From assembly GCA_963666285.1 (NCBI GenBank), contig OY762711.1: DNA of 64,000 nucleotides; one strand, written 5' to 3'. Positions 20,027-29,594 of the stretch are shown here, in pieces (position 1 is the first letter of the stretch; each line of letters begins with the position of its first letter). The position numbers and the translations under genes are program-made. The notes beneath the pieces are model-generated. The model made no database searches. It was given only the letters and a program-made list of their open reading frames with translations, and was not told the origin of the DNA. The DNA is from Sedimentisphaerales bacterium. GTDB lineage: Bacteria; Planctomycetota; Phycisphaerae; Sedimentisphaerales; SM23-30.

Positions 20027-20836
20027 TTATTTTCGTTTGCGAATGGCAAATAATCCGGAGAGCATAAGCATAACCGATGCGGGTTCCGGTACGGGAGGTA
20101 CATCAGTTGACAGGCTGTTAAAGTTATCTAAAGCAAAATAGTATGGTGTATTTGGAAAACCATAGCTGTAGTCACTTGTGTCCATGCTGAATTGCAGTTC
20201 GACAACGTCTCCTAGTGAAGAAAGATCGACCCAGGTCCATTCATCAATTATGTAATCCATAGAATTGTCATCAAAACGGAAATCAGCCAGATAAAATTCT
20301 ACTGGTACTTCTGAAGTAGAGCCGTCAGCTTTGATACCTGTGATTGTTAGTTTTAGCCAGTCCTGGTCGTTGCCTGTGTCGCCGCCAAATTTTTTTGCAA
20401 AATCATCTCCGTTTTTCATCGACCAATAAGTGTAGGTGGTGTTTGTTATCCACATACCATTGAGAGTACTGTTGTAATCTTCACCGGATACCGCGCCAAG
20501 CGAGATTGTTGCTTTTGTAACAGACCAGCTGGGAACATAACATACTCCATACTGGTTAGTACCATCTGAACTTTCGGCCAGATATGCACTGTGTTGATTA
20601 GCCCAGCCTGCGGTTGTTGTATCTGTTTCGTTTGAATATGAAAAACCGTCCCAACCCCAGTCTTCACTGTCAGTATGATTAAATGAGGCATCACCGCTGA
20701 CAAAACCTGTACTGCCGGAATAACTTCCGCCATAATGAGATTCCGAGGCCAGCGGAGTATCTTCAAAAGTTGCAACTGCTGCAAAAGTTGTCGAGCAGCA
20801 TAATATTAACAGTAAATAAGTAAATTTCATTTTCAT
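20027..20836 (-). CDS. DUF4465-domain surface protein with PEP-CTERM sorting signal
   Basis: Signal peptide; W.GFSYSN.TD, ITNTTY.Y.SM.NGD.FAKKFG, EFYLADFR, W.WVDLSSLG, TPYYFALDN; C-terminal VPEPAS+TM+RKRK; GGAGG RBS before ATG 20836. Confidence 0.88.
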   Translation of the reverse strand: MKMKFTYLLLILCCSTTFAAVATFEDTPLASESHYGGSYSGSTGFVSGDASFNHTDSEDWGWDGFSYSNETDTTTAGWANQHSAYLAESSDGTNQYGVCYVPSWSVTKATISLGAVSGEDYNSTLNGMWITNTTYTYWSMKNGDDFAKKFGGDTGNDQDWLKLTITGIKADGSTSEVPVEFYLADFRFDDNSMDYIIDEWTWVDLSSLGDVVELQFSMDTSDYSYGFPNTPYYFALDNFNSLSTDVPPVPEPASVMLMLSGLFAIRKRK

Positions 20837-20897
20837 AAATTTCTCCTCCCTGCAACGCAGGATTTTTTGTTCAGGTAAATTATTCTCTATGGCCAAT

Positions 20898-20932
20898 AAA
20901 AAAACCTCATACTTTCCGAAGATAGTATGAGG
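20898..20932 (-). terminator. Riboswitch expression-platform terminator
   Basis: CCTCATACT/AGTATGAGG stem with 7-U tract on - strand, between aptamer and start codon. Confidence 0.75.
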
Positions 20933-21020
20933 CTGTATATGTTAGTAAAGCATATTGTACGTAATATTAAAATATTTTGTACGGAACCCTGTGACTCAAT
21001 CCACGAAGTCTTTTGGCAAT

Positions 21021-21195
21021 TAGTTTTCAGCATGTCTTCTGGCTTTCGAGTCTTCCTACTTTACCTGGCCTTCCCATCTTTTGACAGTGACATAGATCAG
21101 GTTTTCGTCGTCGATTACAGCGGCGGGACCGCGACGGATTTGCACCGTCTTCCATTCAAGAGCAGTTGCTCCCGGGCTAATGCCGCTGAAAACTA
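21021..21195 (-). promoter_or_regulatory. Cobalamin (B12) riboswitch
   Basis: Minus strand GGAAGACGGTGCAAATCCGTCGCGGTCCCGCCGCTGTAA...GTCACTG...GGGAAGG...AGCCAGAAGACATGC, closed by TAGTTTTCAGC/GCTGAAAACTA stem. Confidence 0.93.
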
Positions 21196-21343
21196 TACTT
21201 ATAGAAAATTTAGATTGTACAAAGAGATTTAGTATAACATTTATACATAAGCTGAAAAATCTATAAGCAAATATTAACTTGTCATTGATCTGGCGTGATG
21301 ATATCACATTTATATAAATATCGTCAAGGGCAAAAATATATTT

Positions 21344-21448
21344 ATACACATTGTGTATGATTTCGCCTGATCGCTCGCAAGGTAAGTGGCGACAATGTAG
21401 TCACTTATACCACGCTCGAACGGGCATTTTCAACTATTATGGGAATAG
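21344..21448 (+). repeat. Dispersed ~105-bp structured repeat, family A, copy 2
   Basis: Aligns with 918..1019 and 51397..51501. Confidence 0.85.
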
Positions 21449-21455
21449 AATTGAA

Positions 21456-22892
21456 TTATTCTTCTTCCTGGCTGCGCTGTTCGAGTGCACGGCGAAGGAT
21501 CTTGGCATATGATTCAGGCATGATTTTTTCTGTATTGCATACAACATCATACTGGCTGGTATCGTGAATGTCCAAACCGACAAAGTCTTTGGTAAAATGA
21601 TAAAGTTCCTTGTCTGCTTTTTTAACCTGACTTTTCGCTTCTTCCAGTGTGACGTTATTAACCTTGGTCATACGTTTGGCGCGAATATCAAAAGGAGCTG
21701 TTACAAAAACACTCAGCCCTTTCTCGCGCGGCAGGAACAGTCCGGCGGAGCGGCCGAGAATAACCGCGGTGCCATGTTTGGCGATAACCATTAATGTTTC
21801 ACCTAACTGCTTCATAAATTCGCTGGTTGCTATCTTTTCTTTTGACGAGAAAAGATTTGTCAGTTTTTCACGGATACTGCTTCCGGTCTTTTCGTCAACT
21901 GTTTCCAGGGTTTTTACATGGACATTCATATTTTCCGACATGTAGTTGAGTATCTCACGATCGTAGAGATCCCAACCGATATCATTAGCCAGCATCTGGG
22001 CAATGTATGCACCGCCCGCTCCCAGGTCTCTACCGATGGTAACATAATCGATATTATTACCGTCTTCCAGTTTTGCCGGCAATTGAGTTGTTTCCCCCTG
22101 GCTTTCTTTCTGCCAGCTAGAGAATTGCTTCATTACAAACTCGTCGATGTCCTCGCCTCGTTCGATCATATCAAGCTGTTGCTTCTTACTGGCAATTTTT
22201 TGATCAAAACCTCTCCAGATCAATTTTGCAACTGATAGCGGAGATAGTTTTTCGGTATTGAATATCATATCGAAAGAGTGAAGGTCAAAAGCATCTTTCC
22301 AAAGAAAATCTTTGACAAATTTTCTTTGATTATCGTCAGCCTTTTTAACTATATCTCGCGCTTCAGAAATTTTGATCTTGTTTTGCTGGGCTATGCGTTC
22401 AGCGCGCAGTTCAAATGGGGCGGTAATACGGACGCTTAAGCCATGGTCGCGTGGTAATATTTGGCCAGCTGCCCGTCCGACAATAATGGCACGACCATGC
22501 TGGGCGATTACTAAAAGTGCTTCAATTAAGTGTTTATAATAACTGTACTGGTCAAGGTGTTCACCTTGTTTACGGTTAGAGAAAAACATGCTGATAGAAT
22601 CTTCGATCCAGCTTCTAGTCCGTTCATCAACTGATTCGAGAACATCAGTATGAACGCCAAAATTTTCTGCCATGAAGTTAACTATTCGTTTATCAAAAAC
22701 ACTCCAGCCCATTAGTTTGGCAAGTTCTTCAGCAACGGTTTCGCCGCCGGCACCTATCTGTCGGCTAAGGCAAATGTAGTTGACCCTCGCACCATCTGCC
22801 AGATGGTGAGCTTCAGCTTCGCGGCCCTCCTGCCATTCCTTCATTCGGCGTTCAACGGTTTGCGTAAAGTTGTCACCAGCAAAAGCACTCAT
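21456..22892 (-). CDS. Protein with two tandem cytidylate-kinase-like domains
   Basis: SRQIGAGG...GRAAGQILPR..GLSVRITAPF and GRDLGAGG...GRSAGLFLPR..GLSVFVTAPF. Confidence 0.85.
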   Translation of the reverse strand: MSAFAGDNFTQTVERRMKEWQEGREAEAHHLADGARVNYICLSRQIGAGGETVAEELAKLMGWSVFDKRIVNFMAENFGVHTDVLESVDERTRSWIEDSISMFFSNRKQGEHLDQYSYYKHLIEALLVIAQHGRAIIVGRAAGQILPRDHGLSVRITAPFELRAERIAQQNKIKISEARDIVKKADDNQRKFVKDFLWKDAFDLHSFDMIFNTEKLSPLSVAKLIWRGFDQKIASKKQQLDMIERGEDIDEFVMKQFSSWQKESQGETTQLPAKLEDGNNIDYVTIGRDLGAGGAYIAQMLANDIGWDLYDREILNYMSENMNVHVKTLETVDEKTGSSIREKLTNLFSSKEKIATSEFMKQLGETLMVIAKHGTAVILGRSAGLFLPREKGLSVFVTAPFDIRAKRMTKVNNVTLEEAKSQVKKADKELYHFTKDFVGLDIHDTSQYDVVCNTEKIMPESYAKILRRALEQRSQEEE

Positions 22893-23134
22893 TTACTATG
22901 CTCCAATTCTATATGTCTTATTAAATAGGCAGCAGCTTGTATATGGTTGCTGTCGTTCATTTGGTTAATTGTTCAATAGCAATATTATTGCGTTTTTGAA
23001 CAGCTTTGTAAAACGGTTTATTATGAATATTATCAGTCTTAATTTATAACCACTTTAATAAAAAGATGTTATATAAATAAAATGCTAACCTTTCCTTGGT
23101 TGTACCAAACCTTGTTTTTGAGGCAAAAGTTAAA

Positions 23135-24085
23135 TTACTCCAGGGGTATAGGACCGTTATCATATCCGGTATCATTAGGATTTTGCGTACCAGGCTGAAT
23201 TGGCTGTACGGGAACAGGTGCTCCTGTCTGGGCAGCTTGTGGTACCACAGGAATCTGCTGGGATGGTGCCGGCTGATGAACCGGGTGCAGCTGAGCCAGC
23301 GGGTTAATTGATTTCCACTCTTTAGCCCTGGCTGAAATTTGCTTAATTGCCTGGCTGCTTCTCCATTGAGAGATTAACAGCAGGATAACTGCAATCCACA
23401 TTACCATGAACCTGGAATAATAAGAAAACGACGAAGTTTCTGTCTTAGCTGAATAAGCTTTGATAATGTCGTTAAAATTGTAAAGTACGGTTGGTATGCC
23501 TGACATTACAGATTTTTGCCAGGGCAGGACAAATAAAGTTGCTACCAGGGCAAAGAAGAAAGCATTTACCGAATATGACATTCCTCCCAGGCTTCCGGTT
23601 AATGTTAGCTGGATGCATAAAAACAGGCATATGCAATACATTATTATTGAGAATATTACTATAACTCTGGCTATCTGAATTGTTTTTAGCAGGATATTTT
23701 TGATAGTAGATTCGTTTTCTTTTGATATTACTGTCGAAGCTTCTTTCTCTTGTGTTGTTTTTTGTTCTTTTTCTGGTACTCCCAGATCCTGGCAGAAACT
23801 ATATGCCGGCTTGAAACTGCATAAAACGAACCCTTTGGGGTGGCTTTGTGTGTTAACAGAGCCGCCGGGCATGGTATCATTTATTTGTATGTTTTCTTTT
23901 TGGGGAATTTCCAGTGCATTATCAATTGCACCCTGGTCTACAGCCCAGAAAACAAGCTGAATAATGAGTAAGCCCGCGATTGTTATCAAGAAAAACAAGT
24001 TTCTTGCAGCAGAAAAACTATTAAATGCGTCTAAAGCGTCATGTCTGAAATGCCACTGAGTTAAACTGTCCTGCTCATAGTTCAT
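23135..24085 (-). CDS. Hypothetical integral membrane protein with Pro/Gln-rich C-terminal tail
   Basis: 316-aa ORF, about 4 hydrophobic segments, AAAGG RBS. Confidence 0.7.
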   Translation of the reverse strand: MNYEQDSLTQWHFRHDALDAFNSFSAARNLFFLITIAGLLIIQLVFWAVDQGAIDNALEIPQKENIQINDTMPGGSVNTQSHPKGFVLCSFKPAYSFCQDLGVPEKEQKTTQEKEASTVISKENESTIKNILLKTIQIARVIVIFSIIMYCICLFLCIQLTLTGSLGGMSYSVNAFFFALVATLFVLPWQKSVMSGIPTVLYNFNDIIKAYSAKTETSSFSYYSRFMVMWIAVILLLISQWRSSQAIKQISARAKEWKSINPLAQLHPVHQPAPSQQIPVVPQAAQTGAPVPVQPIQPGTQNPNDTGYDNGPIPLE

Positions 24086-25746
24086 TATATTACCTTTCTT
24101 TTCGCCTTTTATCTAGTTTCGTAAGTTGCATTGTGGTAGAACCATTTAGTAATATGAATATGATATTACAGAGTAATACAACATTAATAAGTATAGCTAA
24201 CAATACGCGTCTTTACCATTATCGGGTATTTATATGAGTTATTATTTAGAAATACGGATTTTTATAAATTATTACCAGAAAATGCAGTAAAGGGTGTAGC
24301 ATGCATGTAATTGTAGATACAGTTCATATTAATATAACCGTTTAGTGCATGTATTCAGTAGTTGAAATACGATATGGGTAGAGTTTTAACTCTTATTATA
24401 GAGATAACTTCTTGCCGGGCTGTTATATGTGAACGAAAAAGGAATCAGAATGGTTTATTGAGGAGGAATACATATGCCCATATTGCATATTTATTAAAGA
24501 GGATACGTGTAGATCGAAAAAAAGAGGAGTTTAAGTTTAATTTAGCTATTTTTGTAAAGGGTTTAATGAAAAAAGCTTATCCTTTTTTAGTGTGAAGGTT
24601 CCATAATAGAATGATGTTTTTGTTTTTTAATTTCAATTGGAGGAATAAGAAGAAATGATGTATGAAACATTTGTTTACTATTTGGTGTGGTTATGAGGAC
24701 TTTATAAGTGGTGGTTTTTTAGTTATATGGAATTAGCTTTTAGATTATTTTATTAATTATATGTTTTGTTTAGAAGAGTTGTGATATTTATCATATTGAC
24801 GATAAATTATGCGCAAATAGACGTAGAATATATGTCATTTGCATTTATGAGAAGAAAACAGCAAAATATGATCGTTATTTTATCTATTTTACAACTTAAA
24901 CTGCATTAATCGTGCAAATATGAAAAATAATAACCGTTGTAATTTGGTTTATATTAGGAATCATTATTGGCAGAGAACTTCCACGGTCCGATAAAAGTTT
25001 AATATTCGATAATTTTTTATTTTTTTTACACACAAATACAAAATATTATGCATTTTTTATATAAGAATGTAAGTGCCTGTTTTTACAGATTATATGGAAC
25101 ATGTATTTTGCTCGTGATGTTTAAAGTTGTCAATTATAGTAAGCTTTTAAGTCCAATAACCGTAGTTTTGCAAGGTTGTTAACAGCTAGCCTGTGATTTT
25201 TTTTTAAGCTTACTTGTAAGTAATCCGATAGTACAAGTGCAAACAGGGGAAGACAAATAACCTACCTTGAGTAGCTTAAATGCCTGAAGCAAGTAATAAA
25301 AGTTGAAGGAATGATTTGAGTATTTGAAGAAGTTTTCGAGAAGAAGTGTTCTCATGCATTTTCAAAGAGAAATTGACCTTATTGGTATTTGAGCAGATTT
25401 GAGCCTGTGGCTTTTATAGCTGATGCCGGATTTGAAAAGTGATTTGTCCTCTAATTTTGAGGATTATAAAAAACAGAAGGCATTGGTAATAAGTAGTTGG
25501 CAGCCAGGAAGAGTTGGATTTAATACCAAATAATATTTGGTTTTGTTTTAGTATAAAAATGTAGAAGATGTTAGCGTATTTGCTGGCAAGCTTTCAAATA
25601 ATGTGGTAAGTTAATATTGCGAGCTTTGTTTTCCAAAGTAAGCGATACTGACGAGCTAAAAGAATGTGGAAATTCAATTATTGAAAGCGTCACAAGTAGC
25701 TAGGAAAATCATGAGCAAGGACTCTTTTAAACAAAGAAAAGATAAC

Positions 25747-26697
25747 ATGAATTTAGCTGTAATAAATGAGAAGAAGAAGTTGGAAGGCTGGCCAGACATG
25801 GAGATAGAAAATTTTCTTCACTATCTATGTGTCGAAGGAGGTCTGGCCGGAAACACGATAATGTCATATCGTAGAGATTTGCGAAGGTTTACAACATTCG
25901 CGCAGCTCCGCGGTCTGACATTACCTAACCAAGTTACCCCGCAGACGGCTATGGCATTTGTCAAATGGCTGTCACATCCGGTCGACGATGATCACGCAAA
26001 ACTATCTGAAGCCACGATTGCTCGCCATGTTGTATCATTAAGAATGTTTATGCGTTATCATAAACTAATGGGACACACCAAGACAGATCTTTGCGACCTG
26101 ATGGAGACACCTCGTACCTGGAGTAAGGTGCCGCGGGTTTTAACAAAAGAGCAGGCAGAAACATTAGTATCAGCTATTGATCCGAAAGATGCATTGTATC
26201 TTCGCGACAAGGCACTGCTTGAACTCTTGTACGCTACCGGAATGAGAGCATCGGAAGCGGCAAACCTCAACTTGAACGACATCAATGAGAAGATTGGTTA
26301 CCTTCGCTGTATCGGCAAAGGTAATAAGGAACGAGTAATTCCTATCCATCAATATGCTCTTGACGTACTCCATGATTATTGTAGAAACCTGAGAATGGAT
26401 TTGACGGAGAAGACAAACTGTCGCAAACTATTTGTCTCCAAAAATGGTCGAGAATTATCCAGGATCGAGATCTGGCGTATTGTCAAGAAGGCAGCTGCGA
26501 AAGCCGGCCTGGCCGGAAAAGTAACCCCGCATACCCTGAGACATTGTTTCGGTACTCACCTGCTGCAGGGCGGCGCCGATCTTAAAAGTGTACAGGAAAT
26601 GCTGGGTCATGCGGATGCCAGCACAACCCAGATATATACCCATGTCAACCACGAACATCTGAGGAGTTTACATAAAAAGTATCACCCGATGGGTTGA
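25747..26697 (+). CDS. xerD: Site-specific tyrosine recombinase XerD
   Basis: LELLYATGMRASE, GKGNKER, PHTLRHCFGTHLLQGGADL..VQEMLGHA..STTQIYTHV; N-terminal NT..SYRRDL; start codon uncertain. Confidence 0.85.
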   Translation: MNLAVINEKKKLEGWPDMEIENFLHYLCVEGGLAGNTIMSYRRDLRRFTTFAQLRGLTLPNQVTPQTAMAFVKWLSHPVDDDHAKLSEATIARHVVSLRMFMRYHKLMGHTKTDLCDLMETPRTWSKVPRVLTKEQAETLVSAIDPKDALYLRDKALLELLYATGMRASEAANLNLNDINEKIGYLRCIGKGNKERVIPIHQYALDVLHDYCRNLRMDLTEKTNCRKLFVSKNGRELSRIEIWRIVKKAAAKAGLAGKVTPHTLRHCFGTHLLQGGADLKSVQEMLGHADASTTQIYTHVNHEHLRSLHKKYHPMG

Positions 26698-27705
26698 CGT
26701 TATACCCTTTAATGTTGAGAATTCCTGAGTGAGTGTGGATATATTTCCTAGTAACCGGGTATTCTCAAAATGAGGGGTTTAAGCAGAAGCATCCCCCCCC
26801 CATTTTCATAGGGTACCTTGACAAAAAAATACTGCGGACGGCTTTCCCCAAACGATCCCCCCCTATTATCGTTTAAGCCCATATTCAAGCCAAACATACC
26901 ACCTAGTCCGCGATATAGTATCTTTTGTCAGGTACCCGTTTTTTTTTGGTCGAATAGTTCAAAAAGTGTCAAGATAGTTTAAAGGTTAAAGGTGGTGTCG
27001 TGCGCGATTTTGACCAGGGCTTATGCCTAAAATTCATTTCAGTTTATTTTCGCAATTCAAAAATAATATGCAAATATGTCACAAGATGGCAAAAGTGCAG
27101 CAGCGGTATTTATAGTGAAAAGTGCGATCAAATTTTTTGTGCAAAATATATGAAATAAAGTTTATAAAACAGTGGTTTACCCGCATTTTGGCTAAAAAAT
27201 GCGGATTTGATAACTGCCTGCGGATGGCAGCGGAAGCGAACGTCGTGAAATTGCGGGTTTACGGCGGGCTGCGGCGGCGAACGGAGCGGTCGCGGCGGGG
27301 AACGGATTTTTATACAGAAACAGATAATAAATATGACCTGGCTAAAGGGATATCAGGCGGTGTTAATTTAAATATCGGGGAGGTGTGTCGCAGTGTGGCA
27401 GGCTTAGTGTTTTTAATATAACATATTGTATTTAGATATCTTACGGTTGTGAAGGATGTCAAATCGTTCGTTTTGTGCGATCAAAATATGTTGTATTTTG
27501 TTTCCTGGCGGTTTGGCTGATATTGTTGGATTTAGAGCTGGGATAATGGTGTTGGCTAAAAAATCTTATTTGTGGGCGGACCAGATGCCGCGGAGCGGCA
27601 TCAAAAGAGTAAAGTGTAAAATAAAAAGTGTAAAAAGGTTGTCTGGTCCTGTGATAAGTTGTCACATTATAGATTTAATGTTTTAACAAATAACAGGAGA
27701 CAACA

Positions 27706-28125
27706 ATGTTGGTAAGTAAACGAACTTATAATCGCTACAGCGAAGCCTTTAAATTACAGGTGGTAAATGATCTTGAATCTGGTAAGCTAAGCAGTATTTA
27801 TGAGGCTAATTCCCGCTATGGGATTTCTGGTACAACAACAGTAAAGAGTTGGCTAAGAAAATATGGCCGTAACCATTTGATACCAAAGGTGATACGCGTG
27901 GAAAAACTAGATGAACAAGATCATGTAAAGAAGTTAGAATCAGAGATTAAGCAGCTTAAAGAAGCGTTAGCAGACAGCCATATAGAGAATATTGTAAGTG
28001 AAGCCAGGTTTCAGGTTATTTGTAAAGAATACGGGCTGGATCCCGAGGAGTATAAAAAAAAAGTCGATACCAAACGGTTCAACAAGCGTCCGAGGCAACC
28101 GTTGAAAAGAAAGAGGAAAAAATAG
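27706..28125 (+). CDS. IS3-family transposase OrfA (HTH)
   Basis: YSEAFKLQVV...YGISG..TVKSWLRKYG plus leucine-zipper-like segment. Confidence 0.9.
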   Translation: MLVSKRTYNRYSEAFKLQVVNDLESGKLSSIYEANSRYGISGTTTVKSWLRKYGRNHLIPKVIRVEKLDEQDHVKKLESEIKQLKEALADSHIENIVSEARFQVICKEYGLDPEEYKKKVDTKRFNKRPRQPLKRKRKK

Positions 28126-28940
28126 CGATAACTTCCTTATGCAAAGCTGTTGGCATGAGTCGTCAGAATTATTATAAATCACATAAAGTTCGGCGCAGGC
28201 GGCACTATGAAAAAGACCTGATAATATCTTTGGCCAGGCTGGAAAGATCATTGCAGCCTGAGATGGGTTGCAGAAAGGTTTTGAAGCGTATAAAGCCCAA
28301 ACTGGCAAAAGCCGGTATTAGTATAGGGCGAGATAGATTTTATGAAACGATGTCAGAAGCAGATATGTTGATAGAGCGTAAAAAGCGAAGTGTGACAACG
28401 ACAGACAGTCGTCATAACTTTAAGACTTATAAGAATATACTGAAAGATGAAGAGCTTACAGGAGCCAATCAGGCCCTGGTAAGTGATATAACGTACATAT
28501 ATACAGATGAAGGATTTATGTATCTGTCGTTGATAATGGATGCATTTAGTCGCAAGATAGTTGGCTATGACTGTAGTGATAGTTTGGAAGCAGAAGGTTG
28601 TTTGCGTGCATTAACAAAGGCGATAAAGCAATTGCCCAAAGGTAGTAATACGATACATCATTCAGATCGTGGCAGTCAGTATTGCTGCCATAGATATATA
28701 GATAAGCTTAAAAGAAATGGGCTGCGAGTTAGTATGACCGAAGATAATCATTGTTATGAGAATGCCCAGGCCGAGAGGTTAAACGGTATATTGAAGCACG
28801 AGTATGGATTGAAGAATACGTTTAAGAAAAAAGCTCATGTTCATGCTGCGGTTAAACAGGCGATAGAACTGTATAATACCTGTCGTCCACATTTTGCTTT
28901 GGGATATCGTGTGCCTGAGGAAGTGCATATGGCGGCGTGA
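28062..28940 (+). CDS. IS3-family transposase OrfB (DDE), reached by -1 frameshift
   Basis: SDITY, DAFSRKIVG, HHSDRGSQY, ENAQAERLNGILK; frame is open back to the A9G slippery run at 28054..28063. Confidence 0.9.
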   Translation, partial: SRYQTVQQASEATVEKKEEKIAITSLCKAVGMSRQNYYKSHKVRRRRHYEKDLIISLARLERSLQPEMGCRKVLKRIKPKLAKAGISIGRDRFYETMSEADMLIERKKRSVTTTDSRHNFKTYKNILKDEELTGANQALVSDITYIYTDEGFMYLSLIMDAFSRKIVGYDCSDSLEAEGCLRALTKAIKQLPKGSNTIHHSDRGSQYCCHRYIDKLKRNGLRVSMTEDNHCYENAQAERLNGILKHEYGLKNTFKKKAHVHAAVKQAIELYNTCRPHFALGYRVPEEVHMAA

Positions 28941-29357
28941 TATATTCCTCCGTTCCGGTCGCCCTTCGGGCTCCCTGCACTACGGAATATATCATCAAAA
29001 AACAATAGTAAATAGAAACGGAAAGTGACAACTTTAAATCAGGACTTGACAGTGACACCGTACGGTACAGGACCTAATTTAAAAGCTGGCACGTGAGTAA
29101 GCATATATAGAACTTGTTGATAAATGGAGGGGGGGCGTTTTTTGCCGAGGGAGATGGAGAAACAGAGAGTTGCGGTAAAGATGTTTTGGTAATCTGGAAA
29201 TATTTGGTATAATTAAGGTTTGTTTTGGACAATTTGATTTTTCCCAGCGAATATGCTTTATTGCCTGCCGTGAGAAAGAACCACGATTCAGACCGATGGA
29301 CATGGATAAGAAGAGTTAGAAGAGAGGGGCGAGAAGCAAGAAGTTTAGAATTAAAAA

Positions 29358-29526
29358 TTAAGGCAACCTCTGAAAATTCATTTTGAGCGACTAGTTATTC
29401 TTTTGCCTGCTGACATGTGTCATATAAAACAGTGAATATAGCCCAATATGCACGATTTTATATTCCTTGTCAGCAACCAAAATCTTAAACTATCGCATCA
29501 AAAGCAATTTCCAGAGGTCACCTTAA
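29358..29526. mobile_element. Fold-back MITE-like element (~170 bp)
   Basis: ~39-bp imperfect TIRs (TTAAGGCAACCTCTGAAAATTCATTTTGAGCGACTAGTT vs rc TTAAGGTGACCTCTGGAAATTGCTTTTGATGCGATAGTT), TTAA at both ends, nested internal IRs. Confidence 0.75.
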
Positions 29527-29594
29527 GAAATAAAGATTGGAAATGAGATAAGTTTAAAATTTGGGCAGAAGGAAAAAAATCTGGAGTAATAAAA

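Larger units (their letters stand above)
27640..29051 (+). mobile_element. IS3-family insertion sequence (~1.4 kb)
   Basis: TG...CA termini with imperfect IRs (TGTCTGGTCCTGTGATAAGTTGTCAC vs reverse-complemented TGTCAAGTCCTGATTTAAAGTTGTCAC) and orfA/orfB pair. Confidence 0.93.

Noticed and set aside
24086..25746. Replication origin
   Set aside because: No cluster of TTATCCACA-type DnaA boxes and no dnaA/dnaN nearby
27122..27686. ORFs 27122..27421, 27456..27686 and 27459..27665
   Set aside because: No RBS or recognisable motifs; they overlap repeat and IS-end sequence
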